Origin: an uncultured Candidatus Saccharibacteria bacterium
GTDB taxonomy: Bacteria; Patescibacteriota; CPR2_A; CG2-30-33-46; CAYZYZ01
Direction of reading: 5' to 3'
NCBI GenBank assembly: GCA_964482765.1
Contig: CAYZYZ010000001.1
Coordinates: 1-44,135 of the forward strand
DNA length: 44,135 bases
This document shows positions 24,428-34,131 of this stretch, piece by piece. The notes under the pieces were generated by a model. That model worked only from the letters and a program-made list of their open reading frames with translations, was not told where the DNA came from and made no database searches. Each line of letters begins with the position of its first letter. The stretch's first letter is position 1. A program made the translations under genes and the position numbers.

Positions 24428-26581
24428 TTATATCTTTTTTACTAACCTTACCCCAGAAAGGCTGGGTATTTTTTCTAAAGCGTTTTTTAGCTGCTGTTTA
24501 TTATTTATCCTTAAATTAGCAATGATCTTGGAAAATTTACCAGTCTTAAAATTAACATTCTTTATGCCTATCTTCAACTCATCCAAAAGTTCTGTTAAAT
24601 CTTTCAAGATGTTAGAATCTTTTTCAGCCTCAATATATACCGGCACTTCCCAGAACTCGTCTACCACCCAACTTACATTTATAAATCTTCTCTCATCTTC
24701 CTTTTTTATATTGGAACAGGTTTTTTTGTGAACCGTGAGTCCCTTCCCTCTGGTTATGAAACCTATTATTTTATCGGGCGGCTTGGGCTTGCAACAGAAA
24801 GCAAAGTTTATTAGAAAATTTTCCTCACCTTGAACTACTACCTTAGGTCTTATTTTGGGCTTGGCTAGAAATGGAAAAAATCGCTTCAGGAAGCCTCTTT
24901 TTTTGATGTCGATTTTCTCCTCGCTCAAAAACAACCCCGAAACTATCTGTTTCGGGCTAAGATATCCCCTCCCGATAGCTACCAGAACTGCTTCCAGGTC
25001 TTTATAGGGCTGTTTGGTTTTTAAAAGATACTCCTCCAGTTCTTTCTGGCGTATTTTCTCTACTGACTTTCCTATTTTCTTGAGCTCTTCTCCTAAAAGC
25101 TCTTTTCCCAACGAGAGATCTTGCCCTCTGTCTTTTCCTTTAAACCATCTTCTAATCGAAGAAAGTGCTAGAGAGGTTTTAACAAACCTTAACCAATCCC
25201 TTGAGGGTCCTAAGATTTTTTTAGAAGTCAAAATCTCCACCATGTCGCCATTCTGCAAAGAAGTATTTAGAGGAACGATTTTCCCATTCACTTTGGCACC
25301 AATACAGCTATTTCCTATCTGAGTATGAATCAAATAAGCAAAATCAACCGGCGTTGCTCCTTCGGGTAAGTCCAGCGCTTCTCCCTTTGGGGTAAATACA
25401 AATATCCTGTCTTTAAAAACATCTATCTTCAAACCCTCCATGAAGGCAGAGGCTTCCAGATCTTTTTGCCAATCAATCAACTGCTTTATCCAATCCAACT
25501 TCTTACCAATAATTTTCGACTCCTTTTCCAACTCATAAAGATGGTGACCGGCTATTCCCCATTCAGCTTCCTCATGCATCTTCTTGGTTCTAATCTGAAT
25601 TTCTAATATTTTTCCTTCCAGGCAAATTACGGTTGTATGAAGAGATCTGTATCCATTGGGTTTAGAAACTGCTATATAGTCTTTTATCCTTTTAATAAGG
25701 GGCTTCCAATCTTCATGCACAATACCCAACACTTTGTAACAATCACTTACAGTATCTACAATAATTCTTACAGCAACCACATCATAGATCTTGGAAAAAT
25801 CATCATTGTATCTTTTTAACTTGAGATAGAGACTCCAAAGATGCTTTACCCTTCCTTCAACCGCTGCTTTAATGTTAGTTTTTTTGAGTTTGTTTTTTAA
25901 CTCTTCTATTACCATCTTTATATAGTCCCTCTTTACTTTCTCTTCCTCTTCCAGCAAAAAAGAGACTCTCTTGAATTCTTTGGGAAGGTAATACTTAAAG
26001 CTCAAGTCTTCCAAAATTCCCTTCATTTCACCCATGCCTAACCTAGATGCTAAAGGTGCATATACTTCTATAGTCTCGGCAGCAATTTTTTTTCTTTTCT
26101 GAGGAGACAAAGCGCTTAGTGTTTGAATGTTATGAAGTCGGTCGGCTAACTTTACAATAACCACTCTCAAATCCTTTGCCATAATTACCAAAAGCTTCCT
26201 CAGGTCTTCGACTCTCCCTCTTTTACCGAAATATTTAACGCCCCCTAAACGCGTAACCCCTTCTACGATTCTGTTTATCTCCTCACCGAACTCCTTTTTG
26301 ATTTCTCCTGGATCACATTTGGTATCCTCGGGGACATCATGAAGAAGTCCGGCGGCGATGGTGGAAGCATCCATCCTAAGCTCCGCCAGGTAGTAAGCTA
26401 CATATAGAGAATGGACAATATAAGGATCACCAGTTAGCCTCTTTTGTCCATGGTGCCATTTTTCAGCAAATGCGTAAGCTTTTTCTATCAGTTCCTCATC
26501 GTCTTTTGTTATCTTGGATTTCTCCCGGGCTTTCTTTAAAACAATCTCAATTATCGGTTTTATATTTGTTAAAAGCTGCAT
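24428..26581 (-). CDS. relA: Bifunctional (p)ppGpp synthetase/hydrolase (RelA/SpoT homologue)
   Basis: 717 aa. Contains an HD hydrolase domain (HDVPEDT), a synthetase domain (YRSLHTTV...EIQIRTKKMHEEAEWG), TGS and a C-terminal ACT-like domain. Confidence 0.95.
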   Translation of the reverse strand: MQLLTNIKPIIEIVLKKAREKSKITKDDEELIEKAYAFAEKWHHGQKRLTGDPYIVHSLYVAYYLAELRMDASTIAAGLLHDVPEDTKCDPGEIKKEFGEEINRIVEGVTRLGGVKYFGKRGRVEDLRKLLVIMAKDLRVVIVKLADRLHNIQTLSALSPQKRKKIAAETIEVYAPLASRLGMGEMKGILEDLSFKYYLPKEFKRVSFLLEEEEKVKRDYIKMVIEELKNKLKKTNIKAAVEGRVKHLWSLYLKLKRYNDDFSKIYDVVAVRIIVDTVSDCYKVLGIVHEDWKPLIKRIKDYIAVSKPNGYRSLHTTVICLEGKILEIQIRTKKMHEEAEWGIAGHHLYELEKESKIIGKKLDWIKQLIDWQKDLEASAFMEGLKIDVFKDRIFVFTPKGEALDLPEGATPVDFAYLIHTQIGNSCIGAKVNGKIVPLNTSLQNGDMVEILTSKKILGPSRDWLRFVKTSLALSSIRRWFKGKDRGQDLSLGKELLGEELKKIGKSVEKIRQKELEEYLLKTKQPYKDLEAVLVAIGRGYLSPKQIVSGLFLSEEKIDIKKRGFLKRFFPFLAKPKIRPKVVVQGEENFLINFAFCCKPKPPDKIIGFITRGKGLTVHKKTCSNIKKEDERRFINVSWVVDEFWEVPVYIEAEKDSNILKDLTELLDELKIGIKNVNFKTGKFSKIIANLRINNKQQLKNALEKIPSLSGVRLVKKI

Positions 26582-26585
26582 GCTT

Positions 26586-28376
26586 TTATTTTCTCCTTTT
26601 TGAAGCCTTTAAGTCTAAAATCTCTAATTGAACGGTGGAAACCCCGAGATAAAAATTCTCGCCCAATTTAAAGATAAAGTCAACGTATCCTTCGATTTCA
26701 AACTCGTTCTCCAGATCCCCCCTATTGAAAGCTATAGCGTTCATTCTTTTGCAATTTTTCAAGAACCTAATTTTTAAGTGATCGTTCAAACCCACGTGGC
26801 GTTTTTCTAAAATTTTAGCCCTCCTGATCAAAAAAACAGGATCAGGATTAGAAGCCCCAAAAGGCTCCAGCATTTTGAGGTTTTTATAAAATTCGTGATT
26901 TAAATCCTCTGTGTTTATCTCTAAATCAACTGGTATTATCTTCCTGATTTCTTTTATCTTCCTGGAGGCTATCTCGGTAAGCTCTCGAACAATCTCTTCA
27001 TGATTCTCTGTCTCGTAAATGAAACCAGCTGCCTCCTTGTGACCACCAACCTTTTTGAATAAATGACTTAATTTCTCTAAGGCTTTTACAATATTAAAAC
27101 CTTGATAGCTTCTTGCGGAACCCTTAGAAAGCTCTCCCTTGTTTTCTATCACCAAAGCCGGCCTTTGATATTCTTCAGCCAATCTTCCGGCTACAATTCC
27201 GGAAATAGCTGATGGCCAGTTCTCTTTTGCCAAAATTATTATCTTCTGGCTGGGGCTTAAGAAACCGAACTCTCCCTTGGCTTCTCTTAAAACCCTGTCG
27301 GTTTCTTCCCGTCTCTTTTTATTAAGTTGTTCGATTTTGTTTATCAGCTTAAAAGCCTCGATCCTAGAACGGGTAATTAAAAGCATAAACGCCCAATTGG
27401 CGTGGTCCATTCTGCCAGCGGCATTCAGTCTGGGCGCCAAATAAAAAGCGATATCATTCTCCTTTCCGTTTCTTATTGTTTTTTTAAGCTCTAAAATTCC
27501 TATTCTTCTTGTTTTTTTAAAGACAAGCATTCCGAACTTGACAAGTATTCGGTTCTCGCTTATTAAAGGAACACAATCCCCAATAGTACCGATAACGACC
27601 AAGTCTAAAAGCCATTTTAGGAATGTTTCGCTTTTGTGGATATCCTTCAGGAGCCCTTGGGATAATTTAAAAGCCACACCTACGCCGGCTAATTGCTTAA
27701 AAGGATATTTGCAGTTCTCTTGCTTAGGATTTATAACCGCCAATGACCTGGGTACTAAATCTTTGGGTCTATTTTTGATTTTTGATTTTTTCCGCCAAAG
27801 GTGGACCCGCCTCTGGCGGGGATTTTTGATTTTCCTTGGTACCTCGTGGTGATCTGTAATAATAACATCCATTCCCAGTTTTTTGGCTTCCTCTACCTCT
27901 TTTATATTTCTTATTCCACAATCAATAGTTATCAAAAGCTTAATCTTTTTCTTGGCAATTTTTTTTATTGCTTCAGAATTTAAGCCATATCCTTCTTTAT
28001 CACGATGAGGAATATAGGTAACAACCTCTTGACCCAAAAAATTAAAAACTTCATACAGCAAAGCAGTAGCAGTGACACCGTCAGCATCATAATCACCAAA
28101 AATCGCTATTTTCTCTTTATTCTTTAGGGCTTTTTTGATACGTAGGACAGCCTTTTTTAAATCTTTCATTAAAAAAGGGTCAAAAAGATTTTCATAAGAA
28201 GGGTCTAGGAATTCTTCAATCTTTTTTTCTTTCTCTTTTTTCAAGTCTCTAATGCTAAAAATTTCTCTATTATAAAGAAGCTGAAGGATAACCTCGGGAA
28301 TCTGCTGATGTTCTTTAATAATTTTTTTCGGTAATGGTTTTTGGACTTTCCACTCTTTTGATAACTCTCTTACCAT
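26586..28376 (-). CDS. recJ: Single-stranded-DNA-specific exonuclease RecJ
   Basis: DHH family motifs FGDYDADGVTA, ITIDCG and IITDHH, plus DHHA1 (GGHKEAAG). Confidence 0.93.
   Translation of the reverse strand: MVRELSKEWKVQKPLPKKIIKEHQQIPEVILQLLYNREIFSIRDLKKEKEKKIEEFLDPSYENLFDPFLMKDLKKAVLRIKKALKNKEKIAIFGDYDADGVTATALLYEVFNFLGQEVVTYIPHRDKEGYGLNSEAIKKIAKKKIKLLITIDCGIRNIKEVEEAKKLGMDVIITDHHEVPRKIKNPRQRRVHLWRKKSKIKNRPKDLVPRSLAVINPKQENCKYPFKQLAGVGVAFKLSQGLLKDIHKSETFLKWLLDLVVIGTIGDCVPLISENRILVKFGMLVFKKTRRIGILELKKTIRNGKENDIAFYLAPRLNAAGRMDHANWAFMLLITRSRIEAFKLINKIEQLNKKRREETDRVLREAKGEFGFLSPSQKIIILAKENWPSAISGIVAGRLAEEYQRPALVIENKGELSKGSARSYQGFNIVKALEKLSHLFKKVGGHKEAAGFIYETENHEEIVRELTEIASRKIKEIRKIIPVDLEINTEDLNHEFYKNLKMLEPFGASNPDPVFLIRRAKILEKRHVGLNDHLKIRFLKNCKRMNAIAFNRGDLENEFEIEGYVDFIFKLGENFYLGVSTVQLEILDLKASKRRK
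27771..27835. repeat. GC-rich double-hairpin module with flanking direct repeats, inserted in frame in recJ just after the DHH motif
   Basis: Coding strand reads gaaaatcaaaaat CCCCGCCAGAGGCGGGTCCACCTTTGGCGG aaaaaatcaaaaatcaaaaat. It encodes KIKN-PRQRRVHLWRKKS-KIKN. Confidence 0.65.
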
Positions 28377-28398
28377 TATTTCCTCGATAAGTATTTCT

Positions 28399-28407
28399 AG
28401 TATAACA
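28399..28407 (-). promoter_or_regulatory. Candidate extended -10 promoter element for recJ
   Basis: Minus strand reads TGT TATACT about 22 nt upstream of the ATG; SD gagga follows. Confidence 0.35.
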
Positions 28408-28411
28408 CAAA

Positions 28412-28438
28412 AAATTCCTTTGTTTTAAAAAGGAATTT
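28412..28438 (-). terminator. Rho-independent terminator after the secDF operon
   Basis: Minus strand reads aaattccttt-ttaaaac-aaaggaattt followed by a T-rich run (ttttgtg). Confidence 0.55.
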
Positions 28439-28445
28439 TAAATAA

Positions 28446-28544
28446 CTAATGGGGTTAATTTAACGGGGTAAACCCCGTTAGAAACCGCCCCGCCAAAGGC
28501 GCGGCTACGACCGCCTTGGGGCGATCTGTTTCTAACGGGGTAAA
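28446..28544. repeat. Family A cluster: two solo end fragments followed by a full GC-rich-interior element
   Basis: Fragments ctaatggggtta and ttaacgggg, then TAAA|ccccgttagaaaccgccccgccaaaggcgcggctacgaccgccttggggcgatctgtttctaacgggg|TAAA (28469-28544). Confidence 0.9.
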
Positions 28545-28581
28545 TGTCTAAAAAATATTTAGTAATTTGGCCATTAAGATT

Positions 28582-28636
28582 TTCCGCCAAGGGCGGATCT
28601 CCTCCAGAGGCGGATGAGCCTTTGGCTCAAGCCTTG
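28582..28636. repeat. GC-rich hairpin modules (CCGCC-N-GGCGG type) in the secF-recJ spacer
   Basis: Hairpins tccgccaagggcgga, tcctccagaggcgga and gagcctttggctc / ccaaggcttgagcc. Confidence 0.55.
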
Positions 28637-28658
28637 GACTGAGATTAGAAATTAAAAA

Positions 28659-29567
28659 TTAGAGCTTAGAAATTTTTTTCTGTGCTCTCTTGTCGTCCCA
28701 GTTTTTCCAAACAACTAAAAATGGGCTGGCTATGAATACTGATGAATAGGTTCCGGTAATTAATCCCAAAAGCAAAGCTAAAACAAAAGTTTTTATTGTT
28801 TCGCCGCCTATTAAAAATAGAGCTAAAACTACCAAAATTATTACCAGCGAAGTATTTATTGAACGGGCAATCATCTCCAAAACGCTATCATTTACAATCT
28901 CCTCAAAGTCCTCTTTTTCGGAACGTTTTAAATTTTCCTTTATTCGGTCGAAAATAACTATGGTGTCATGAACAGAAAAGCTTATTACAGTTAAAAGGGC
29001 AGTCACAAACAGACTGTCAATCTCTGTTTTGAACAAAAGACCTAAAATAGAAAATATTCCAACAACAAACAATACATCATGAAGAATGGCCAAAACAGCG
29101 CAAACTCCATATTTCCAGGAAGCAACCGGCTTCGAAACTTTCCTAAAAGACCAACCTACATAAAGAATAATCAACAAAGAAGCAAGAGCGATTGAAATAT
29201 AAGCCTTCTCTGTAATATCTCTTGAAACTGTTGCTCCAATGGTTTCAAATTTAAGCTCTTTAACTTCTTTGCTGGCATTAATATTTTTAAACTCATCAAG
29301 TATTTTTTTATGGTCTTCCTCTTTTAAAACTTTGGTTTTGATTTTTAATTTCAAACCGTCTTTATCTATAGAAATAACATCAGCTTTAAAATTATTAAGC
29401 ACCTCTTTAACTTTCTCTTTATCTTCTATTCCTTCAATCTCCCAAAAGCTTCCTCCGGTAAAATCAAGACCCGTTTTTAGTCCCCTAAAAGCTATTCCTA
29501 AAACACTAAGGACAAAAAAGATTCCCCAGATTGTAAACCAGATTTTTCTTTTTCCGATTATGTTCAC
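28659..29567 (-). CDS. secF: Protein translocase subunit SecF
   Basis: 302 aa. GLDFTGG near the N-terminus and a C-terminal 6-TM RND-like block. Overlaps the secD stop. Confidence 0.93.
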   Translation of the reverse strand: MNIIGKRKIWFTIWGIFFVLSVLGIAFRGLKTGLDFTGGSFWEIEGIEDKEKVKEVLNNFKADVISIDKDGLKLKIKTKVLKEEDHKKILDEFKNINASKEVKELKFETIGATVSRDITEKAYISIALASLLIILYVGWSFRKVSKPVASWKYGVCAVLAILHDVLFVVGIFSILGLLFKTEIDSLFVTALLTVISFSVHDTIVIFDRIKENLKRSEKEDFEEIVNDSVLEMIARSINTSLVIILVVLALFLIGGETIKTFVLALLLGLITGTYSSVFIASPFLVVWKNWDDKRAQKKISKL

Positions 29568-30910
29568 AACTTTTCTCCTTTAATATCTTTCTCTTTAATC
29601 CCTAAAAGGATACTAAGGTATTTTTTGTTTCTTATGAAACTTCTGGTTGCCAAAAATTTAAGAACAGGACCGGAAACTAAAACTACGGTCAATAAACTGA
29701 TAACCACTCCTATCGCCAGGGTGATACCGAAGCCTTTAATAAGCCCAGTTCCCAAGTAATAGACTATGAAAGCCAGAATTAAGCTCGCCATATTGGAGTC
29801 GAAAATACTGTTCCAAGCGCCTTTGTATCCCATGTCTATTGCTGTCTCTATTGGTTTGCCTTTTCTTAACTCTTCTCTAATTCTTTCCAAAATAAGAACC
29901 GAGGCTTCGGCGGCGGCACCGGTTGAAAGAATAAAACCAGCGATCCCAGCCAAGGTTAAAGTTACTGAAAATAATTTAAATATTGTTAAAACTATCAGTG
30001 TATAAACAAACAGAGAGATTACTGTTATAAAGCCAAAGAAACGGTAAAAAGCTAAAAGGAAAATCATAACCGCAAAGAGACCGACAACAGCGGCAAGGAA
30101 ACTATTGTTTATTGATTCTTCGCCCAAAGTGGCGCCAATGTTTTTCTGCTCAACAAGTTTCATTGGAACTGGCAAGGCTCCAGCATTAAGCTGAATAGCT
30201 AAATTTTTAGCTTCCTTTAAATCAAACTTTCCTGTGATTACACCTTTTCCGTTAGCTATCTCTGATTGAACAGTAGGTGCAGAAATAACTTGATTATCTA
30301 AAAAAATGGCAATTTGTTTTCCTATATTTCTTTTAGTAGCTTCAGCAAATTTTTTGGCGCCTTCGGAATTAAACTCTATGTCAATCTCTACATTGCCTTG
30401 TTCATCGCGATTCACCTCGGCTTTTTTGAATTCAGCGCCGGTTAATACCGGCTCCTTCTTCCAATTACCCTGAAGCGTCATCAACTGTCCGCCCTCAACA
30501 TTCATTGGCTCCTGCTCTTTGAATTCCAACTGAGCGGTCTTGCCGATAAGATTTAAAGCCTCGTCTATATTTTGGATTCCCGGCAATTGAATTATAATCC
30601 TTAGCGAATTGCCAAAAGATTCGGGATAGATTACCGGTTCAGCCACTCCGAAAGCGTCTATTCTGTTTCTTATAACTGTAATGGCTTTATCCTGAGCTTC
30701 TGATTTATTCTTTTCTTTAGAAACATCAAGCTCATAAACCAGCTGCGTTCCACCTTGAAGGTCTAAACCTTTGTGAAGCTTTAACTCCTTTTTGTAATTG
30801 ATGCCGATTATCTTTAGATTCAAATCCGGACCCTTTGGTAAAACGACCACAATCGAAATTACCACAATGAAAAGTAAAAAAACAAATTTGAATATTAAAG
30901 ATTTTTTCAT
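29564..30910 (-). CDS. secD: Protein translocase subunit SecD
   Basis: 448 aa. LGLDLQGG-type motif (KGLDLQGGT), a periplasmic domain and a C-terminal TM block. Confidence 0.93.
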   Translation of the reverse strand: MKKSLIFKFVFLLFIVVISIVVVLPKGPDLNLKIIGINYKKELKLHKGLDLQGGTQLVYELDVSKEKNKSEAQDKAITVIRNRIDAFGVAEPVIYPESFGNSLRIIIQLPGIQNIDEALNLIGKTAQLEFKEQEPMNVEGGQLMTLQGNWKKEPVLTGAEFKKAEVNRDEQGNVEIDIEFNSEGAKKFAEATKRNIGKQIAIFLDNQVISAPTVQSEIANGKGVITGKFDLKEAKNLAIQLNAGALPVPMKLVEQKNIGATLGEESINNSFLAAVVGLFAVMIFLLAFYRFFGFITVISLFVYTLIVLTIFKLFSVTLTLAGIAGFILSTGAAAEASVLILERIREELRKGKPIETAIDMGYKGAWNSIFDSNMASLILAFIVYYLGTGLIKGFGITLAIGVVISLLTVVLVSGPVLKFLATRSFIRNKKYLSILLGIKEKDIKGEKL

Positions 30911-30959
30911 AATCTAAGAATTTATTATTTCCTTATTACCTTATTACCTTATCAACTTA

Positions 30960-31580
30960 TTACCTACTTTTAGTAAGTATTTCCTTAACTTCCTTATCTT
31001 CTACCTGAGGAAAAAAGTCATAAAACTGACTGATGGCAAAAAACAATTCTGGTACCTCTAAAAAAATCAACTCATCAACCTCCCTTTTTATCCTTTCGGC
31101 CGTATCACGGGCTATAACAGGTGTTGCTAAAATTACTTTTTTTGCGCCTCTTGATTTTACAAAGCCAACGGCTTTTAAAGTTGTAAGACCGGTGGCTATC
31201 CCGTCATCCACTAAAATCATGGTCTTTCCTTTAAAATCTAGTTCCTCCTTGCCGCCTCTGTACTCCTTGATTCTTCTTTCTATCTCTTTCTTTTCTTTTT
31301 CTGCCTCCTTATTAAGATATTCGTCCTGAACCCCTGCCTCGGGATTTTTCAAAATCTTCCCATCTTGGTCAACAGCTCCGGCGGCAAATTCCGGATTGCC
31401 TGGGTAACCTATCTTTCTAACTACGGCGATATCAAGGGGAAGATTTAAAGATTTGGCAACTTCAAAACCCAAAACCACTCCTCCGCGAGGAATGGCTAAA
31501 ATTACTGTATCTTCTTGGTCTTTGTATTTTTCTAAACTCTTGGCTAGTTTTTGCCCGGCTTCTATTCTATCTTGAAACAT
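30960..31580 (-). CDS. Phosphoribosyltransferase family protein
   Basis: 206 aa with the PRPP-binding loop MILVDDGIATGLT. Confidence 0.8.
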   Translation of the reverse strand: MFQDRIEAGQKLAKSLEKYKDQEDTVILAIPRGGVVLGFEVAKSLNLPLDIAVVRKIGYPGNPEFAAGAVDQDGKILKNPEAGVQDEYLNKEAEKEKKEIERRIKEYRGGKEELDFKGKTMILVDDGIATGLTTLKAVGFVKSRGAKKVILATPVIARDTAERIKREVDELIFLEVPELFFAISQFYDFFPQVEDKEVKEILTKSR

Positions 31581-31597
31581 TTAATATTCCTTAAAAT

Positions 31598-32158
31598 CTA
31601 AGAATTTTTAAGATTCACTTTGAAAAGAATTTTGTGTTCTGCGCCACTTTCTCTCAGCTCACTTTCCATAACATCAATGCTGGTGACAAGGAATTTTCTC
31701 AAAGAGATTTTTTTTGATAAATTGATTATTTTTTGGATGTTTTTTATTTCCCTTTTTGCTTTCCCAATAGTCAGATGAGGGGTAAATAACCTGTTGTCAG
31801 TTTTAAAATCATTCATCTCGAGCTGTTTTTTTAAATTATTTTCCAAATTTAGGAGATTCAGATTTTCTCCAGCGCCGAGCCATATTATTCTTGGCATATT
31901 TAAAGATGGGAAAAAACCAATATTTTCCAAGCTTAAATCAAACTTTTCTTGATTTTTAGCCAAAAGTTTAAGAATAGCGGTAATCCTGGCAATCTCTTCC
32001 TGGGATATCAAACCCAAAAAAGCTAAGGTTATGTGCGCATTTTGAGGATTTATCCATTTGGCATCTGGCTCTAAAGACTCTAACTTTTTTATGATTTCTG
32101 CCACTGACTTCTTTATATTTTCGGGGAAGTTAATTGCCACAAAAACTCTCTTTTTCAT
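31598..32158 (-). CDS. thpR: RNA 2',3'-cyclic phosphodiesterase (2H family, ThpR/LigT)
   Basis: Two HxTx motifs: HITLAFLG and HLTIGK. Confidence 0.85.
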   Translation of the reverse strand: MKKRVFVAINFPENIKKSVAEIIKKLESLEPDAKWINPQNAHITLAFLGLISQEEIARITAILKLLAKNQEKFDLSLENIGFFPSLNMPRIIWLGAGENLNLLNLENNLKKQLEMNDFKTDNRLFTPHLTIGKAKREIKNIQKIINLSKKISLRKFLVTSIDVMESELRESGAEHKILFKVNLKNS

Positions 32159-32201
32159 TAAAAACTCCTTTTAATCTTTTATAATTCTATCATAATTCAA
32201 G

Positions 32202-32270
32202 TATACCCTGTTAGATAATTCTTTATAAAATTATAACAGATTATTTACTAAATACATCTAACAGGGTATT
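32202..32270. repeat. Family A variant element (CCCTGTTAGA ends)
   Basis: TATA|ccctgttaga-41 nt-tctaacaggg|TATT. Confidence 0.65.
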
Positions 32271-32317
32271 ATACATAACATAATACATCAGCGGACGGAT
32301 ATGGTAAAATTAAACTA

Positions 32318-33364
32318 ATGAAAGAAAGCTACAATTATAAAAAATTGAGCAAAGGAAAAATGCAGTGTTTAACCTGCAGCCACTTTTGTGCACCACTAGA
32401 GGGAAAAAGAGGAAAATGCGGGGTTAGAGAAAATGTAGAAGGAAAGCTTTTTGCTTTAAATTATGGCAAGCTTATAGCCTCCAATATCGACCCAATTGAA
32501 AAGAAGCCGCTGTTCCATTTCTTGCCAGGAACTTTTTCTTACTCTATCTCCACAGTTGGCTGTAATCTTGCCTGCGATTTCTGCCAGAATTGGGATATAT
32601 CTCAAAGCCCAAAGCCCAAAAATCCCATCATTGGTGAAGATGTAAAAGCGGAAACAGTTGTTAAGGAGGCTTTAAGAACCGGCTGCCAATCAATCTCTTA
32701 CACCTACACTGAACCGACAATTTTTCTGGAATTCGCCCTAGACACTATGAAGATTGCCAAAAAGAAAGGGCTTTTTAATGTCTGGGTATCCAACGGCTTT
32801 ATGTCACCCCAGACATTAAAACTCGTCATACCCTACCTTGATGCTGTAAATGTGGACTTGAAATCATTTTCGGAAAAATTTTACGAGAAAGTATGCAAAG
32901 CTCGGCTTGAGCCGGTTTTGGAAAACTTGAAAGAACTCTATAAGAAAAAAGTTCATTTAGAGGTTACCACTCTTATCATCCCGACTCTAAATGATTCCAA
33001 AGAAAATCTCCAAAATATTGCCCGTTTTATTAAAAAAGAACTAAGTCCTGAAGTGCCTTGGCACATCTCCAGATTTTTTCCTGCCTACCGTTTGTCCGAC
33101 CTCCCCCCAACTGATGTCAAAAAAATTCACCAGGCTTATGAGATTGGCAAAAAAGAAGGCTTGAAGTTTGTTTATGCCGGAAACATTCCCGGCGACAGCA
33201 TCGATGGCATTACCACCGAATCAACCTACTGCCCTAAGTGCGGAAAACTTGTTGCAGGACGGGCTGGTTTTGAAATTTATAACCTTAATTTAGACAAAAA
33301 GGGCAGATGTAAATATTGTAAAACTGATTTGAATATATTTACCCCACATAATCCCAGAAGTTGA
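32318..33364 (+). CDS. AmmeMemoRadiSam system radical SAM enzyme
   Basis: 348 aa. CNLACDFCQNW radical-SAM motif, N-terminal CLTCSHFC and C-terminal CPKCG...CKYC extra cysteine clusters. Followed by Memo/LigB-like and AMMECR1 genes. Confidence 0.85.
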   Translation: MKESYNYKKLSKGKMQCLTCSHFCAPLEGKRGKCGVRENVEGKLFALNYGKLIASNIDPIEKKPLFHFLPGTFSYSISTVGCNLACDFCQNWDISQSPKPKNPIIGEDVKAETVVKEALRTGCQSISYTYTEPTIFLEFALDTMKIAKKKGLFNVWVSNGFMSPQTLKLVIPYLDAVNVDLKSFSEKFYEKVCKARLEPVLENLKELYKKKVHLEVTTLIIPTLNDSKENLQNIARFIKKELSPEVPWHISRFFPAYRLSDLPPTDVKKIHQAYEIGKKEGLKFVYAGNIPGDSIDGITTESTYCPKCGKLVAGRAGFEIYNLNLDKKGRCKYCKTDLNIFTPHNPRS

Positions 33365-33427
33365 CTTCATTTTTGGAGAATAGCTATTGAAAGCTATAAG
33401 AATTATATCTTGCAATAGATCTAAACG

Positions 33428-33500
33428 CAGGGATATTACGGGGTTTACCCCGTATAATTCAGGGAACCCCGGACTTCAGGCCAGGGATATACGGGGTTTA
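33428..33500. repeat. Family B: a solo end followed by a complete minimal element, between the radical SAM and Memo-like genes
   Basis: cagggatattacgggg, then TTTA|ccccgtataattcagggaaccccggacttcaggccagggatatacgggg|TTTA (33444-33500). Confidence 0.8.
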
Positions 33501-33516
33501 TAAAATAAGGAGTCTT

Positions 33517-34131
33517 ATGTCTTTGGTGTTTGGAGTAATTTCTCCTCACCCGCCGATTATCATTCCGGAAATCGGCGGAAGTGAGACAGAAAAGGTTAAA
33601 AAAACCATAAAAGCTTTGGAAACTGCTGCCGAAGATTTGGCAACTAAAAATCCGGAAAAGCTTATAATAATCTCTCCCCATGAAGAACATGGCTTCCGGG
33701 TTCCGTTTTATTATTTAGGAAAAAAATTAAATCCGGCTTTGAAAATTGAAAAAATCTTGGTTACAAATCCTTCTTACGAATATTACTTTAATCTGGGGGA
33801 AAAATACAGAAAAAAGCTAGAACCAGAAAAAGAAAAAACCGCTATAATCGCTTCCGGCGACCTCTCCCATGTTTTAAAAGAAGAAGGACCTTATGGTTTC
33901 AATCCCGCCGGACCAAAATTAGACAAGATAATTGTCGAGGAAGTTAAAAATAACAATCCGCAAAATCTATTAAATATCGACCCCGCAATTTTAGAAGAAG
34001 GCGCTGAATGCGGACTTCGCTCAATTCTCTTTCTTATGGGTGCAATGAGTGAAGCCAAAACCGAGATCTTGTCATATGAAGGACCTTTCGGAGTTGGTTA
34101 CTTAGTTGCCGAATTTGAGAACAGAAAATGA
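33517..34131 (+). CDS. Memo/LigB-superfamily protein (short AmmeMemoRadiSam partner, extradiol-dioxygenase-B-like fold)
   Basis: 204 aa. GVISPHPPIIIPE...IISPHEEH...ASGDLSH...ECG pattern. SD aaggag. Its TGA stop overlaps the next ATG (ATGA). Confidence 0.65.
   Translation: MSLVFGVISPHPPIIIPEIGGSETEKVKKTIKALETAAEDLATKNPEKLIIISPHEEHGFRVPFYYLGKKLNPALKIEKILVTNPSYEYYFNLGEKYRKKLEPEKEKTAIIASGDLSHVLKEEGPYGFNPAGPKLDKIIVEEVKNNNPQNLLNIDPAILEEGAECGLRSILFLMGAMSEAKTEILSYEGPFGVGYLVAEFENRK

Noticed and set aside
30911-30959. The ccttatta octamer repeats upstream of secD as a regulatory array.
   Set aside because: There are only three short AT-rich units at a single locus. This is indistinguishable from low-complexity spacer sequence.
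33445-33690. The minus-strand 81-aa ORF overlapping the family B element and the Memo-like gene start.
   Set aside because: It lies antisense to a gene with a good SD and a conserved N-terminus, and part of it is read from the repeat. The composition is not protein-like.
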